Below, piece by piece: positions 20,730-29,702 of a stretch of 64,000 nucleotides of DNA (position 1 is its first letter; the number at the start of each line of letters is the position of its first letter). The notes beneath the pieces were generated by a model. It was not told where the DNA came from and did not search any database. It saw only the letters and a program-made list of their open reading frames with translations. Made by a program: the position numbers and the translations under genes. Source of the stretch: an uncultured Actinomycetes bacterium. GTDB lineage: Bacteria; Actinomycetota; Thermoleophilia; UBA2241. Location: the NCBI GenBank assembly GCA_963733255.1, contig CAVTCH010000007.1, positions 2,347-66,346 of the forward strand, given 5' to 3'.

Positions 20730-21138
20730 CGACGAAGCCGCGCCGCGTGAAGCGCCGGGCGTCGTGCCTGCCCGGCCCTTCCGCGCGACTCTGGGCGGCC
20801 GTCGCGCCGGCGGGTCGCTCGGCGCCGACGGCCGCGCGGGCGCCGGCGATCGGGCGCGAAGCGACCGGCGCCGGCGCGAAGGTGCGGCGCGTCATGGTCA
20901 CGATCCAGCGGTAGTGGAGCGCGGCGTGAACGAGCACGCCGGCGACCGCGACGACGCCGCTCCAGTCGTGCAGGTGACGCCAGGTGGCGTAGGACACGCC
21001 GAGCATGCCGGGCCGGCCCAGCGCGAGCTCGCGAACGGCGCCGGACGGCAGCAGAAAGAGGATGCCGCTCACGGCCGTGATGAGGAAGGCGACGGCGATG
21101 ACCGCGTCGACGGCGAAGTTGAGTTGCGCTCGTTTCAT
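20730..21138 (-). CDS. DUF4405-like (cytochrome b-type) membrane domain with Tat-like RRxF motifs and a Gly/Thr/Ser linker; the frame runs into the ferredoxin ORF in a different frame
   Basis: The ATG at 21138-21136 gives MKRAQLNFAVDAVIAVAFLITAVSGILFLL...HLHDWSGVVAVAGVLVHAALHYRW, then ...MTRRTFAPAP...ARRFTRRGFVVGAAAGLGAVLLGG...GTSGTGGTSGTGGTSGTGG. The reading frame has no stop for over 3 kb (GC artefact), so the true 3-prime end cannot be read directly. The ferredoxin domain lies in another frame. Confidence 0.4.
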
Positions 21139-21351
21139 GGCGGACCGTCTTTCGTCGTGGTGTGTGTCGATCATCTTCGCTGGTCGATACGCGCCTGACC
21201 TGAGGGCGGCTCTCCAGGGCGTGCCGCAGTCCGCCGCGGAGTGTTCACGACGGTAGTCGGCCAGTTTGAAGACTATGTGAAGAAATGGGAAGCGGCGCGA
21301 AGCTACTATGAACGCCGTCGTGCGAAGCGGGCCGGCGCGCCCGTGCTTGCG

Positions 21352-21385
21352 GGTCGGCGGGCATGCGGGCCTGCCCGCCGACCCT
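21352..21385. promoter_or_regulatory. 13-bp-stem hairpin (gggtcggcgggca-tgcgggcc-tgcccgccgaccc) followed by an AT-rich TATATG/TATGTA patch in the divergent intergenic region upstream of the DUF2723 gene
   Basis: Seen directly in the sequence. It sits about 50 nt upstream of the GTG start at 21433. Confidence 0.3.
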
Positions 21386-21432
21386 ATATGCTGCAGCAGT
21401 ATGTATCGTCGGCCCGATAAACGCTCAGCATC

Positions 21433-23595
21433 GTGACCAAGCGGCCCCGCACCACGGGCGCCGCCGGCCGCAAGGCCAACGCCGCCGGGCGCAACACCAA
21501 CGCCGCCGGGCGCCCGGCCGGCACGCCGCCGTCGGGCTCCGCGCGTCCGTCCGAGCGGCCCGAACGGCCTGCCCCGTCTGCTGCCGGAGCGGCCGCGGGG
21601 CTCCGGACGCCCCGTCGGACCCGGCGCGTGGCGCTCGCCTGCACGCTCGCCGGTACGCTCGTCGCGGCGCTGGTCGTCTACCTTGTCACGCTGGCGCCCA
21701 CAGTGACCTTCGAAGACAGCGGCGAGCTGATCGCCGCCGCCTACAACCTGGGCGTGCCGCATGAGCCCGGTTACCCGCTGTGGACGATGATCGCGCACCT
21801 CTTCACCTGGCTGCCGTTCGGCGACGTCGCCTATCGCGTGAACCTGATGTCGGCGGTCTGCTCGGCGCTCGCCGCCGCGCTCATCGCCTGGACGACCCTG
21901 CTCGTCATCGACTGGGTGGCGGCCGGCCGCTCCGGCGGGCGCCCCACCGGCATAGCCACGGCCTCGACCTGGTCGCCCGAGCTCGAAGGCCCCGCGCTGT
22001 GGCTCGCCTGCGCCGCCGCCCTCGCCGCCGGCGTGCTCGCCGCCACCGCGCGCACGACCTGGAGCCAGTCGATCATCACCGAGGTCTACGGGCTGAACGC
22101 CGCCCTGGTCGGGCTGCTCTGCCTGCTCACCGTAGCCTGGACACGCAGCGCCACTCCCGGGGGCCGCCGGCGCCTCTTCTACGCGATCTGCTTCGTGCTC
22201 GGTCTGGGGCTCACGAGCCACGACACGTTCGTCCTTCTGCTGCCCGTGCTCGCGCTCTACGGTTACCTGATCGAACGCCGCTTGCGCCCCACCTGGCGCC
22301 AGCTGGCAGTGGGCGCCGCCCTGTTCGTCGCCGGCCTCGCGCCCTACCTCTACCTGCCGCTCGCGGCCCGGCGGCGCCCGGTCATGAACTGGGGCGATCC
22401 CGCCACACTGACCAACTTCTGGCGCACGATCACCCGGCGGCAGTACATGAGCGGCGGGCACTCGGGACTGACCGCGACCCTGCACGAGCTCGCGACATCC
22501 GCCGACATGCTGTGGCACCAGTGGTTCGCGGGGCTCCTTGCCCTGGCGGTCGTCGGACTGATCGTGCTCTATCGCCGCCGCCGGCCATGGTTCTGGTTCT
22601 CGGTCGTGTTCCTGGTGTTCATGGGGCCGCTCGTCACGATCGTCACCGACTTTCCGGTGGCCACGGCCGACCGCCTGGTCAACGCCGACAACAGGGCTCT
22701 CGTGTCGGTCTTCTACATCCCGTCGTATCTGATGATCGCCACGCTCATCGGCCTCGGCGGCTGGTGGCTGGCGACTCTCGTCGCCCAGCGGCTGGGGTCG
22801 GCGCGGCGGCGGCCGGCGGTCGTCCTGGTCTTCGCCGCGATCCTGGTGGTCGTGCCGCTGGCGCTGGCCGGCGCCGCTCTGGGCGGCATGAGCATGCGCC
22901 AGTACCGCTTCGCCGACGCCTACATCCACAACGTCTGGAGCGTGGCCGCCCCGCACTCTCTGGTCATGGTCGATCGCGACCAGTTCGGCTTTCCGCTCGT
23001 CTACGCGCAGATGGTCGCCCACCAGCGGCCCGACGTCGTGGTGCTCGACCAGGAGCTCCTGCGGCGGAGCTGGTACCTGCAGGTCCTTGCCTACGAGCAG
23101 CCCGCGCTGATCGCCGCCTCACGGTCCCAGGTCGATGCCTTCCTCACCGCGGTACGGCCCTTCGAGGCCGGCCAGAGCTACGACGGCAACGCGATCGACG
23201 CGGCCTACTACGCCATGATCAAGTCGTTCGTCGATCACACCGAGGCGGCCGGTCACAGCGTCTACTTCACCTACCGGCCCGACCAGCGCATCGTCACGGG
23301 GTACACGGGCGAGTCGGTCGTCGCGGCGCTGCGTGCTCGCCGCAACGCTCCGGCGGTCGGCGCCGCGGGCACGGCGGCCTGGCTTACGCCGGTCGACCTC
23401 GCCCAGTTCGACTTCGCGCATCTGACCGACGGCACCGTGCCGCTCGATCGCAACGTCCTCATGGTCCGGAGCTGGTACGGCGAGCTGCTGGCCGCCCGGG
23501 CGCAGGAGCTGGCCAAGGCCGGCGACACCGTGCAGGCGGCGCGGTACGCCGGTCTGTCGCGGCGGTTCCTGGCCGGCGGCGATACGGCGCCGTAG
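21433..23595 (+). CDS. DUF2723 family polytopic membrane protein (GT-C-fold, TMEM260-like putative glycosyltransferase)
   Basis: TFEDSGELIAAAYNLGVPHEPGYPLWTMIAHLF is the DUF2723 signature. It has more than 10 predicted TM segments plus a large soluble C-terminal region, and a Lys/Ala/Arg/Pro-rich N-terminus. Confidence 0.75.
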   Translation: MTKRPRTTGAAGRKANAAGRNTNAAGRPAGTPPSGSARPSERPERPAPSAAGAAAGLRTPRRTRRVALACTLAGTLVAALVVYLVTLAPTVTFEDSGELIAAAYNLGVPHEPGYPLWTMIAHLFTWLPFGDVAYRVNLMSAVCSALAAALIAWTTLLVIDWVAAGRSGGRPTGIATASTWSPELEGPALWLACAAALAAGVLAATARTTWSQSIITEVYGLNAALVGLLCLLTVAWTRSATPGGRRRLFYAICFVLGLGLTSHDTFVLLLPVLALYGYLIERRLRPTWRQLAVGAALFVAGLAPYLYLPLAARRRPVMNWGDPATLTNFWRTITRRQYMSGGHSGLTATLHELATSADMLWHQWFAGLLALAVVGLIVLYRRRRPWFWFSVVFLVFMGPLVTIVTDFPVATADRLVNADNRALVSVFYIPSYLMIATLIGLGGWWLATLVAQRLGSARRRPAVVLVFAAILVVVPLALAGAALGGMSMRQYRFADAYIHNVWSVAAPHSLVMVDRDQFGFPLVYAQMVAHQRPDVVVLDQELLRRSWYLQVLAYEQPALIAASRSQVDAFLTAVRPFEAGQSYDGNAIDAAYYAMIKSFVDHTEAAGHSVYFTYRPDQRIVTGYTGESVVAALRARRNAPAVGAAGTAAWLTPVDLAQFDFAHLTDGTVPLDRNVLMVRSWYGELLAARAQELAKAGDTVQAARYAGLSRRFLAGGDTAP

Positions 23596-23618
23596 GCAGA
23601 GCATGAGCGTGGGCTAGG

Positions 23619-24179
23619 TCACCGCACCCTGTAGGCGACGAGGCCGCTCTGCCGGCGGCTGACGCCGCCGTCCGCGGCGGCGATGCCCACGAACAGGGTG
23701 CGGCCGCTCACCACGAGCGACGCGGCAAGACCTGCGTGTCCGGGCGTGTAGGCGTGCCACAGGACCTTGCCGGTGCTGACTCGGTAGGCTCGCAGCAGCC
23801 CCTTGAGGTCGCCGGTCAGGTAGACGTCGTTCGAGAGAAATCCGGCCGCGGTCGCCATCGGCGACTGCGCCGGCGCCCTGGACCACAGGACGCCACCGTC
23901 GCTCAGGTCGAGCGCGGCCACGTTCGCGGCCCGCACCGTACCCGTGTTGTTGCTCGCGCACAGCAGGCGGTCGGTCCCGATGGCCGCCTCGCCGCGGATG
24001 CCGTCGGACCCCGCCCCGATCGAGGTGTGCCATACGGGAGCGCCCGTGGCGCGGTCGAAGGCCCAGTAGGTGCCGGTCTTCTGGCCGGCTGGGTCAAAGG
24101 GAGCGACCGCGTGCTGGTCTTCGACGCTCCGCTCGCCTACGCGCTGGTCGGCGGGCGCATCGACACGAACGCCGTCTGG
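23619..24179 (-). pseudogene. C-terminal fragment of a PQQ-like beta-propeller repeat protein; no start codon
   Basis: The frame is open from the TAA at 24180-24182 to the stop at 23619. PQQ-repeat motifs are present (GTYWAFDRATGAPVWH, GTVRAANVAALDLSDGGVLW, LRAYRVSTGKVLWH). The first ATG/GTG/TTG is at 23936, and about 200 N-terminal residues (signal peptide and first blades) are missing. Confidence 0.5.
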
Positions 24180-24389
24180 TTACAGTCCGGCCCCAGCGAC
24201 CAGGCCACCGTCGACTACTTCTCCCGCACACGCCATCTGCCGGACGTCGTCCTTCTGTCGAGCGGGATCGTGGCGCGGCGCGGTGGTCCCGCGTTGCGGC
24301 AGACGAGCGACCCTCTCGTCAGGTTCCTGGCCGCGCACTACCGCGTCGTCGCCAGCGGTCAGCTCCTGGACGTGCTGGTGCGGCGGTAG
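24110..24389 (+). pseudogene. Possible C-terminal remnant of a GT-C (ArnT/PMT-like) glycosyltransferase
   Basis: VLVFDAPLAYALVGGRIDTNAVWLQSGPSDQATVDYFSRTRHLPDVVLLSSGIVARRGGPALRQTSDPLVRFLAAHYRVVASGQLLDVLVRR resembles the C-terminal sequence of GT39/83-type transferases. The upstream part of ORF 23736-24389 is antisense to the PQQ fragment. Confidence 0.25.
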
Positions 24390-24450
24390 GCTCCGTCGGG
24401 CCGTCTGGGGGGTCAGCGTGCAGCCTGGGGCGGCTGGACTACTTGGTGCG

Positions 24451-24624
24451 CCCAGGCCCGCGAGCGACTGCGTCGTCGCGGCTCAGGCTGGCGTGGCTTC
24501 GCGACGCGCCCAGACCCGCGAGCGACTGCGTCGTCGCGGCTCAGGCTGGCGTGGCTTCGCGACGCGCCCAGACCCGCGAGCGACTGCGTCGTCGCGGCTC
24601 AGGCTGGCGTGGCTTCGCGACGCG
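24451..24624. repeat. 58-bp tandem repeat x3 (VNTR/MIRU-like), immediately 3-prime of the sigma factor gene
   Basis: Copies sit at 24451-24508, 24509-24566 and 24567-24624 (cccag[g/a]cccgcgagcgactgcgtcgtcgcggctcaggctggcgtggcttcgcgacgcg), near-identical. The unit is not a multiple of 3, and the array ends 1 nt before the sigma stop codon. Confidence 0.85.
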
Positions 24625-24625
24625 C

Positions 24626-25795
24626 CTAGTCGATGAAGTCGTGCAGGGCCTGCGCGTCGCGGTAGCTCTTGAGCTTGGTGAGGGTCTTCGCCTCGATCTG
24701 GCGGATACGCTCGCGGGTGACGCCGAACTTCTGGCCCACCTCTTCGAGGGTGCGCGCGTGCTCGCCCTTGAGCCCGAAACGCAGCTCGATCACTTTGCGC
24801 TCACGGTGCGTGAGGGTCGAGAGGACCTTGGTGACCTCTTCCTTCTGCAGGATCTCGCTGACCGCTTCGACCGGCATGACGGCCTCTTCGTCTTCGATGA
24901 AGTCGGCGAGGTTCGTGTCTTCGGTGTCACCCACCGGGCGTTCGAGGCTGACCGGCTCCTGGCTGATCTTGAGGATCTCGCGCACCTTCTGGGGCGTGGT
25001 GCCCATCTCGGTGGCGATCTCTTCGGGCGTGGGCTCGCGACCAAGGTTCGACTGCAGCTCGCGCTGCACGCGGATGAGCTTGTTGATCTGCTCGACCATG
25101 TGCACCGGGATGCGGATCGTGCGCGCCTGGTCGGCCATGGCGCGCGAGATCGCCTGGCGGATCCACCAGGTGGCGTAGGTCGAGAACTTGTAGCCGCGGC
25201 GGTAGTCGAACTTCTCGACCGCGCGGATGAGGCCCAGGTTGCCCTCCTGGATCAGGTCGAGGATGGGCATGCTGCTGCGGGCATAGCGCTTGGCGATCGA
25301 CACCACGAGGCGCAGGTTGGCCTCGATCAGCTCGTGCTTGGCCTCCATGTCGTGGCGCTCGATACGCTTGGCCAGCGACACCTCCTGCACGGCCGTGAGC
25401 AGCGGCACCTTGCCGATCTCGCGCAGGTACATGCGCACCGGGTCGAAGCTGCGCGTCTTCACTGAGAGGTCGAGCTGGGGCGGCGGCTCCTCGTCGCCGT
25501 CGTCGTCGCCCTGCCGCGCGTCGCCGGGCGACTCGTCGCCCTCGATCACATCGACGCCGATATCGTGCAGGAGCAGCAGAAAGTCGTCGAACTGATTGGC
25601 GTCGAGCTCGACGTCTTTCAGCACGTCGTGGATGTGATCGACGTTCAGGTAGCCCTGCTCGCGGCCTTCGACCATCAGAGCGTCGACCTCTTCGATGCCC
25701 TCGATGCTCAGCCCGTGCTCGGCCGGTTCGCTCGGCTTGCGCTGTTGGGGTTCGTTACTCACGTTCTCAGGATCGGACCGCGCCGCCCGGGTCAC
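24626..25795 (-). CDS. RNA polymerase sigma-70 factor, RpoD/HrdB-like (regions 1.1 to 4 present)
   Basis: Region 1.2 [17 protein letters not shown], region 2 [35 protein letters not shown], region 3, and region 4 [29 protein letters not shown] start at 25795. Confidence 0.9.
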   Translation of the reverse strand: MTRAARSDPENVSNEPQQRKPSEPAEHGLSIEGIEEVDALMVEGREQGYLNVDHIHDVLKDVELDANQFDDFLLLLHDIGVDVIEGDESPGDARQGDDDGDEEPPPQLDLSVKTRSFDPVRMYLREIGKVPLLTAVQEVSLAKRIERHDMEAKHELIEANLRLVVSIAKRYARSSMPILDLIQEGNLGLIRAVEKFDYRRGYKFSTYATWWIRQAISRAMADQARTIRIPVHMVEQINKLIRVQRELQSNLGREPTPEEIATEMGTTPQKVREILKISQEPVSLERPVGDTEDTNLADFIEDEEAVMPVEAVSEILQKEEVTKVLSTLTHRERKVIELRFGLKGEHARTLEEVGQKFGVTRERIRQIEAKTLTKLKSYRDAQALHDFID

Positions 25796-26769
25796 GACGG
25801 GGAAGGGGCAGAGGAGCCGGCGCCGTTGCCCCTTCTGGCGCCGGTCGCGGCGACGGGCCTGACCGCGCTTCTGACGGCGCCGTCGGTGGCCTGTGGCTCG
25901 AGCCCGGCGAGGTCGCCGATGACGTTGACGAGCTGCGTGTCGCTGGGCACGACGACCTTGCTGTTCTGGTAGAGCGCCCGCTCGATGGCTTCGAGCTTGC
26001 GCAGCATCTGAGCATTTCCCACGAAGTACTTGTCGGCCGCTTCATTGACGAGCTGAATGGCCTGGGCCTCGCCTTCGGCTTGGAGGATCCTGGCCTGCCG
26101 CACGCCTTCGGCCTTCTTGATCTCGGCGCGGCGGGCGCCGTCGGCCTGGGTCTCGGTCGCGGTGGCGAAGTCGATGGCGGCCACCTTCTCGTTCTCGGCC
26201 TTGACGACCTTGTTCATGGTCTCCTGCACGTCGCGCGGCGGGTCGATCTCCTTGAGCTCGGTGCGCAGGATCTCGATGCCCCAGTTGGCCGTCTCGACCT
26301 TGAGGTTCGAACGCAGCTCGTCGTTGATCTTGCCGCGCTCGGAGTTGGCCGACTTCAGAGAAAGCGTGCCGATGATGTTGCGCAGTGTCGTACGCGCCAG
26401 GTTGACGACCTGGTTCTGATAGTTGGTGACGTTGTACTGCGTGGCCTTGACGCTCTCCTCGTCGTCTCTGACTTTGAGGTAGACCTGGGCGTCGACTTTG
26501 GCGTTCAGGTTGTCGTTGGTGATGATCTCCTGCGGCTGGGCTTCGACTAAGACCTCGCGTACGTCGATCCTGTAGAGGCGGTCGACGCCCGGCAACACGG
26601 CGTGCACGCCGGGCCCGCAATAGTGGTGGTATTTGCCGAAACGCTCCACCAGGCCACGGTGCGTGGGGCGCACCACGCGCACGCTGAGCAGGCCCACGAC
26701 GACCAGTACCACGATCACCGCGGCGACCGCGGCGAGCACGACTGCGCCGGCGGGCGATACGGCCATCAT
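25792..26769 (-). CDS. SPFH/band-7 (stomatin/HflK/C-like) membrane protein
   Basis: The ATG at 26769 ([28 protein letters not shown] anchor) is followed by an SPFH domain ([17 protein letters not shown]...[18 protein letters not shown]) and a coiled-coil tail. Its stop overlaps the sigma GTG start (GTGA). The ORF track extends to 27069, but the upstream part is low-complexity. Confidence 0.8.
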   Translation of the reverse strand: MMAVSPAGAVVLAAVAAVIVVLVVVGLLSVRVVRPTHRGLVERFGKYHHYCGPGVHAVLPGVDRLYRIDVREVLVEAQPQEIITNDNLNAKVDAQVYLKVRDDEESVKATQYNVTNYQNQVVNLARTTLRNIIGTLSLKSANSERGKINDELRSNLKVETANWGIEILRTELKEIDPPRDVQETMNKVVKAENEKVAAIDFATATETQADGARRAEIKKAEGVRQARILQAEGEAQAIQLVNEAADKYFVGNAQMLRKLEAIERALYQNSKVVVPSDTQLVNVIGDLAGLEPQATDGAVRSAVRPVAATGARRGNGAGSSAPSPS

Positions 26770-27111
26770 GATCGCTCCGGCGGACGGGCGCCGGTGCCCA
26801 GGGCGTGGGCGGCAGATACGACGTTCATGAGCCTGTCCTTCGCTTAAGGTCGGTGGCGAACGGCTCGAGTGGGAGAGCGGCGTCGGGGTCGGCGATCCGC
26901 CTTCTTTAGTCGAGGTCTTCCTGCATAGTGTACCCCGACCAAGCCCGGGGGCTGCATCCGCACTGCGAGCGCCGCTTCGCCTCGACGCATGCCCGTCGCT
27001 GCGAGGGTCCCGGCCGGGAGGGCCCGCAGGACCACCGGAGGGCGACGCGGAGGGCCGCGTGAGGTCCACGTGGTTTCCCCGGCAGGTGGAAGGGTAAGCG
27101 TTTCACAGGAA

Positions 27112-27591
27112 GTGACGGCGGCACTCGTGATAGGCTCGTTCGCAAGGGTCGGCGCGCGCGGGACGCGCGCGCCGACGCGGCTTGCGCGGAGGTGGATCAT
27201 AGAGCAGCCGTCGTCCGGCGCCGGCAGGCAGGGCGATCAGGGAACGCCCTACGGCGCGAGCGCTCCGCGGCGCACCTGGCTCGCAGCCGAACGGACCTAT
27301 CTCGCCTGGCTGCGTACGGGTATCGGATCGGTGGGGGTGGCCCTCGCCGTCGGTCGCGTGGTCCCGGCGCTGATCGGCGGTTCGCGCGTCGCCTACGCGC
27401 TCCTGGGGGCCGGGTACGGCGTGCTCGGCGCCTTCATCATCGCCTACGCCCTGCTGCGCACCCGGCAGATCGACGCCGCGCTCAGGGTCGACGGACCGGT
27501 CGCCCCGGACTGGTGGGCGGTCGTCGTAGTGACGGCGATAGGGCTCGCGCTGGCGGTCGCCACCGTCGTCATGGTACTGGTCGCGATCTAG
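27112..27591 (+). CDS. DUF202 (YidH-like) small membrane protein
   Basis: LAAERTYLAWLRTGIG is the NERTxLAWxRT signature of DUF202. It is followed by two to three TM helices. The GTG at 27112 is preceded by AGGAAG. Confidence 0.6.
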   Translation: MTAALVIGSFARVGARGTRAPTRLARRWIIEQPSSGAGRQGDQGTPYGASAPRRTWLAAERTYLAWLRTGIGSVGVALAVGRVVPALIGGSRVAYALLGAGYGVLGAFIIAYALLRTRQIDAALRVDGPVAPDWWAVVVVTAIGLALAVATVVMVLVAI

Positions 27592-27749
27592 GGTCGTGAC
27601 GCCCGCGGACTCACCTCGTCGAAAGGCGTCACGGACGGCGAGGGCACGCCGCGCCGCGCCACGAGAAGGTCCGGGCGCCGGCCCGCGCCGACCACCCGTC
27701 GGGCGGCACCGACCATGGTCGCCCCGCCGCCCGGGCAAGCCGCGCCATC

Positions 27750-28712
27750 GTGGCCGCCCGGCGACGAGTCGCTACGCGACCATCGGGCGATGCGCCGCGG
27801 CTTCCGGCGCCCAGCGGCGACCGTCGCGGGGCGCTCGTCGCGGTCGCCGTGACGATCGTCTTCTCGGCCTCGGTCTTCGCCGGCATCCGCGCCGGCCTGC
27901 GCGGCTACGGTCCCTTTCAGCTCGTCGCCCTGCGGTTCATCCTCGCCTCGCTTCTCCTGCTCGCCCTGGCGCGCCCCCTGAGGGTGGGTCTGCCGCAGCG
28001 GCGCGACCTGCCGGTCATCTTCGCGCTCAGCTTCTGTGGCATCGGCGTCTACCAGGTCGCCCTGGCCATCGGCGAGCAGCACGTGGCGGCGGGCGTGACC
28101 AGCATGATCGTCGCCAGCCAGACGATCATCGCCGCCGGTCTGGCCACGGTCTTTCTCGGCGAGCGCCTCAGCCGTCTGGGGTGGGTGGGAGCCGTCGTGG
28201 GCTTTGCCGGCGTGGCGCTCATCTCGCTCAGCCAGGGCGGCCGGCTGCACGTCGAGCTGCAGGTGCTGTGGCCGCTGCTTGCGGCGCTCGCTTCGAGCGT
28301 CTACTTCGTCTTTCAGAAGCCGCTGCTGCGACGCTACGCGCCGCTGCAGATGACGACCTGGTGCATCTGGTGCGGCACGATCTTCGTGCTGCCGTTCGCC
28401 GGCCGTCTGCCGGCCGAGATCGCGGCGGCCGGCTGGAGCGCCACCGCCGCCGTGGTCTATCTGGCCGTGTTCCCGGGCGTGGTCGCCTACCTGGCGTGGA
28501 CCCACGCACTCGCGCGTGCGCCGGCCGCGCTCGTGGTCAATGCCCTGTGCCTGATCCCGCCGCTCGCCGTGATCATCGCCTTCTTCTGGCTGGGCGAGCG
28601 GCCCACGGCGCTCGAGCTGTGCGGTGGCCTCGTGACCGTGGCCGGGGTCGCGCTGGTCGGGCTGCGGGGCGTGCCTGCCGACCGTGGCGATCGGCGGCGA
28701 TCGGCAGTATAA
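27750..28712 (+). CDS. EamA/DMT-family transporter
   Basis: Ten-TM protein with two EamA-like halves ([17 protein letters not shown]...; ...[20 protein letters not shown]). The start position is uncertain. Confidence 0.8.
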   Translation: MAARRRVATRPSGDAPRLPAPSGDRRGALVAVAVTIVFSASVFAGIRAGLRGYGPFQLVALRFILASLLLLALARPLRVGLPQRRDLPVIFALSFCGIGVYQVALAIGEQHVAAGVTSMIVASQTIIAAGLATVFLGERLSRLGWVGAVVGFAGVALISLSQGGRLHVELQVLWPLLAALASSVYFVFQKPLLRRYAPLQMTTWCIWCGTIFVLPFAGRLPAEIAAAGWSATAAVVYLAVFPGVVAYLAWTHALARAPAALVVNALCLIPPLAVIIAFFWLGERPTALELCGGLVTVAGVALVGLRGVPADRGDRRRSAV

Positions 28713-28819
28713 TGATTATCCTATCAGGGCAGTAGTAAGTTAGCCGGCGGCGGGGTCGGCGCCCCCGCGTTGCAGGAAGGTCGCGGACCCGCGCCGGCGG
28801 CGGAAAGGATGAGCGTGCT

Positions 28820-29464
28820 TTGAGGTCACCGCGGGTTCGTCGAGCGGCGCATGGTCTCGGCAGGGGCGACGTTCCCGGCCTCATCGCGACCCTCGACCGC
28901 CAGCTCGCCGAGACCATCGCCGCCTGCCGGCTGGCGCGCCAGGTGACAAAGGGTGAGCTCGAGCCCGGTACGGCGCACGAGCAGATGGCCGAGATCGAGC
29001 ATCGCGGCGACGTGCTCCGAGGTGAGCTGGTGACCAGGCTCGCCGGCGTGCTGGTGCCCCCTATCGATCGCGAGGACCTTTTCAGGCTGTCGCGTTCGAT
29101 CGACGACGTGCTCGACAATCTTCGCGACTTCGTGCGCGAATGGGACCTGTACGAGATCAAGCTCGCCGACGGCTTCGCCGACATCCTCGACTCGACCGAG
29201 TGCGGCGTCTCAGACTTGAAGCTGGCGGTCAAGACGATCGCGCGAGACCCCAAGGAGACCGGTCAGGCCGCGCTGCTGTCCAAGAAGTCGGCCAACGAGA
29301 TCCGCCGCCTGTACGACGTCGAGCTGGGCAGGCTGTTCAGCGGCGAGCTCAGCATGGACGTCCTCAAGTTCCGCGAGCTGCTGCGGCGGCTCGACGTGGT
29401 CGGCCTGCGTTTGAACGAGGCCGCCGACGTCCTCGCCGACGCCGCCGTCAAACATCGGGCCTGA
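28820..29464 (+). CDS. DUF47 family protein (PhoU-like, TIGR00153-type)
   Basis: All-helical protein (GDVLRGELVTRLAGVLVPPIDREDLFRLSRSIDDVLDNL...) matching the PhoU-like DUF47 fold. The start codon is uncertain (TTG at 28820 in the track). Confidence 0.6.
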   Translation: MRSPRVRRAAHGLGRGDVPGLIATLDRQLAETIAACRLARQVTKGELEPGTAHEQMAEIEHRGDVLRGELVTRLAGVLVPPIDREDLFRLSRSIDDVLDNLRDFVREWDLYEIKLADGFADILDSTECGVSDLKLAVKTIARDPKETGQAALLSKKSANEIRRLYDVELGRLFSGELSMDVLKFRELLRRLDVVGLRLNEAADVLADAAVKHRA

Positions 29465-29702
29465 GGGATCAGGCCCGAGAGCGCGGGCGGCGCCCACATC
29501 GAGTCCTAACCGCTGTCTCATCGGCTGCTCACGAAGTCCTGCGAGACTACGGCTCCGCAGCCGCGAAGGCTTTGGTCTTCAGCTCATTGTTGCCCTGTCC
29601 GTGACGGCTGTGATAAGAACAGCGTAGGCATGGGGACTGGGGGGTTTCCCAGTACTCCGCAAGCCGGGCTGTATCCACGGCATTGGCGCAGGAGGATGGA
29701 CG

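Noticed and set aside
21363-21764. 133-aa plus-strand ORF in the DUF2723 upstream region and N-terminus
   Set aside because: It is out of frame with the DUF2723 gene, and its Arg/Ala/Gly-rich translation (…GRRRPQGQRRRAQHQRRRAPGRHAAV…) is an artefact of the Lys/Ala/Arg-rich N-terminal coding region read in another frame.
19294-23022. 1242-aa ORF on the minus strand
   Set aside because: Its only coherent stretch (the DUF4405 domain and Gly/Thr/Ser linker at 20730-21138) is annotated separately. The rest is antisense to the ferredoxin gene, the ABC exporter genes and the DUF2723 gene; it is Arg/Gly/Pro-rich with no domain-like segments. It is a typical stop-codon-poor artefact of about 72% GC DNA.
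24451-24624. Possible CRISPR array (regular direct repeats)
   Set aside because: The three 58-bp units are contiguous with no unique spacers between them, and no cas genes are nearby. It is a minisatellite, not a CRISPR array.
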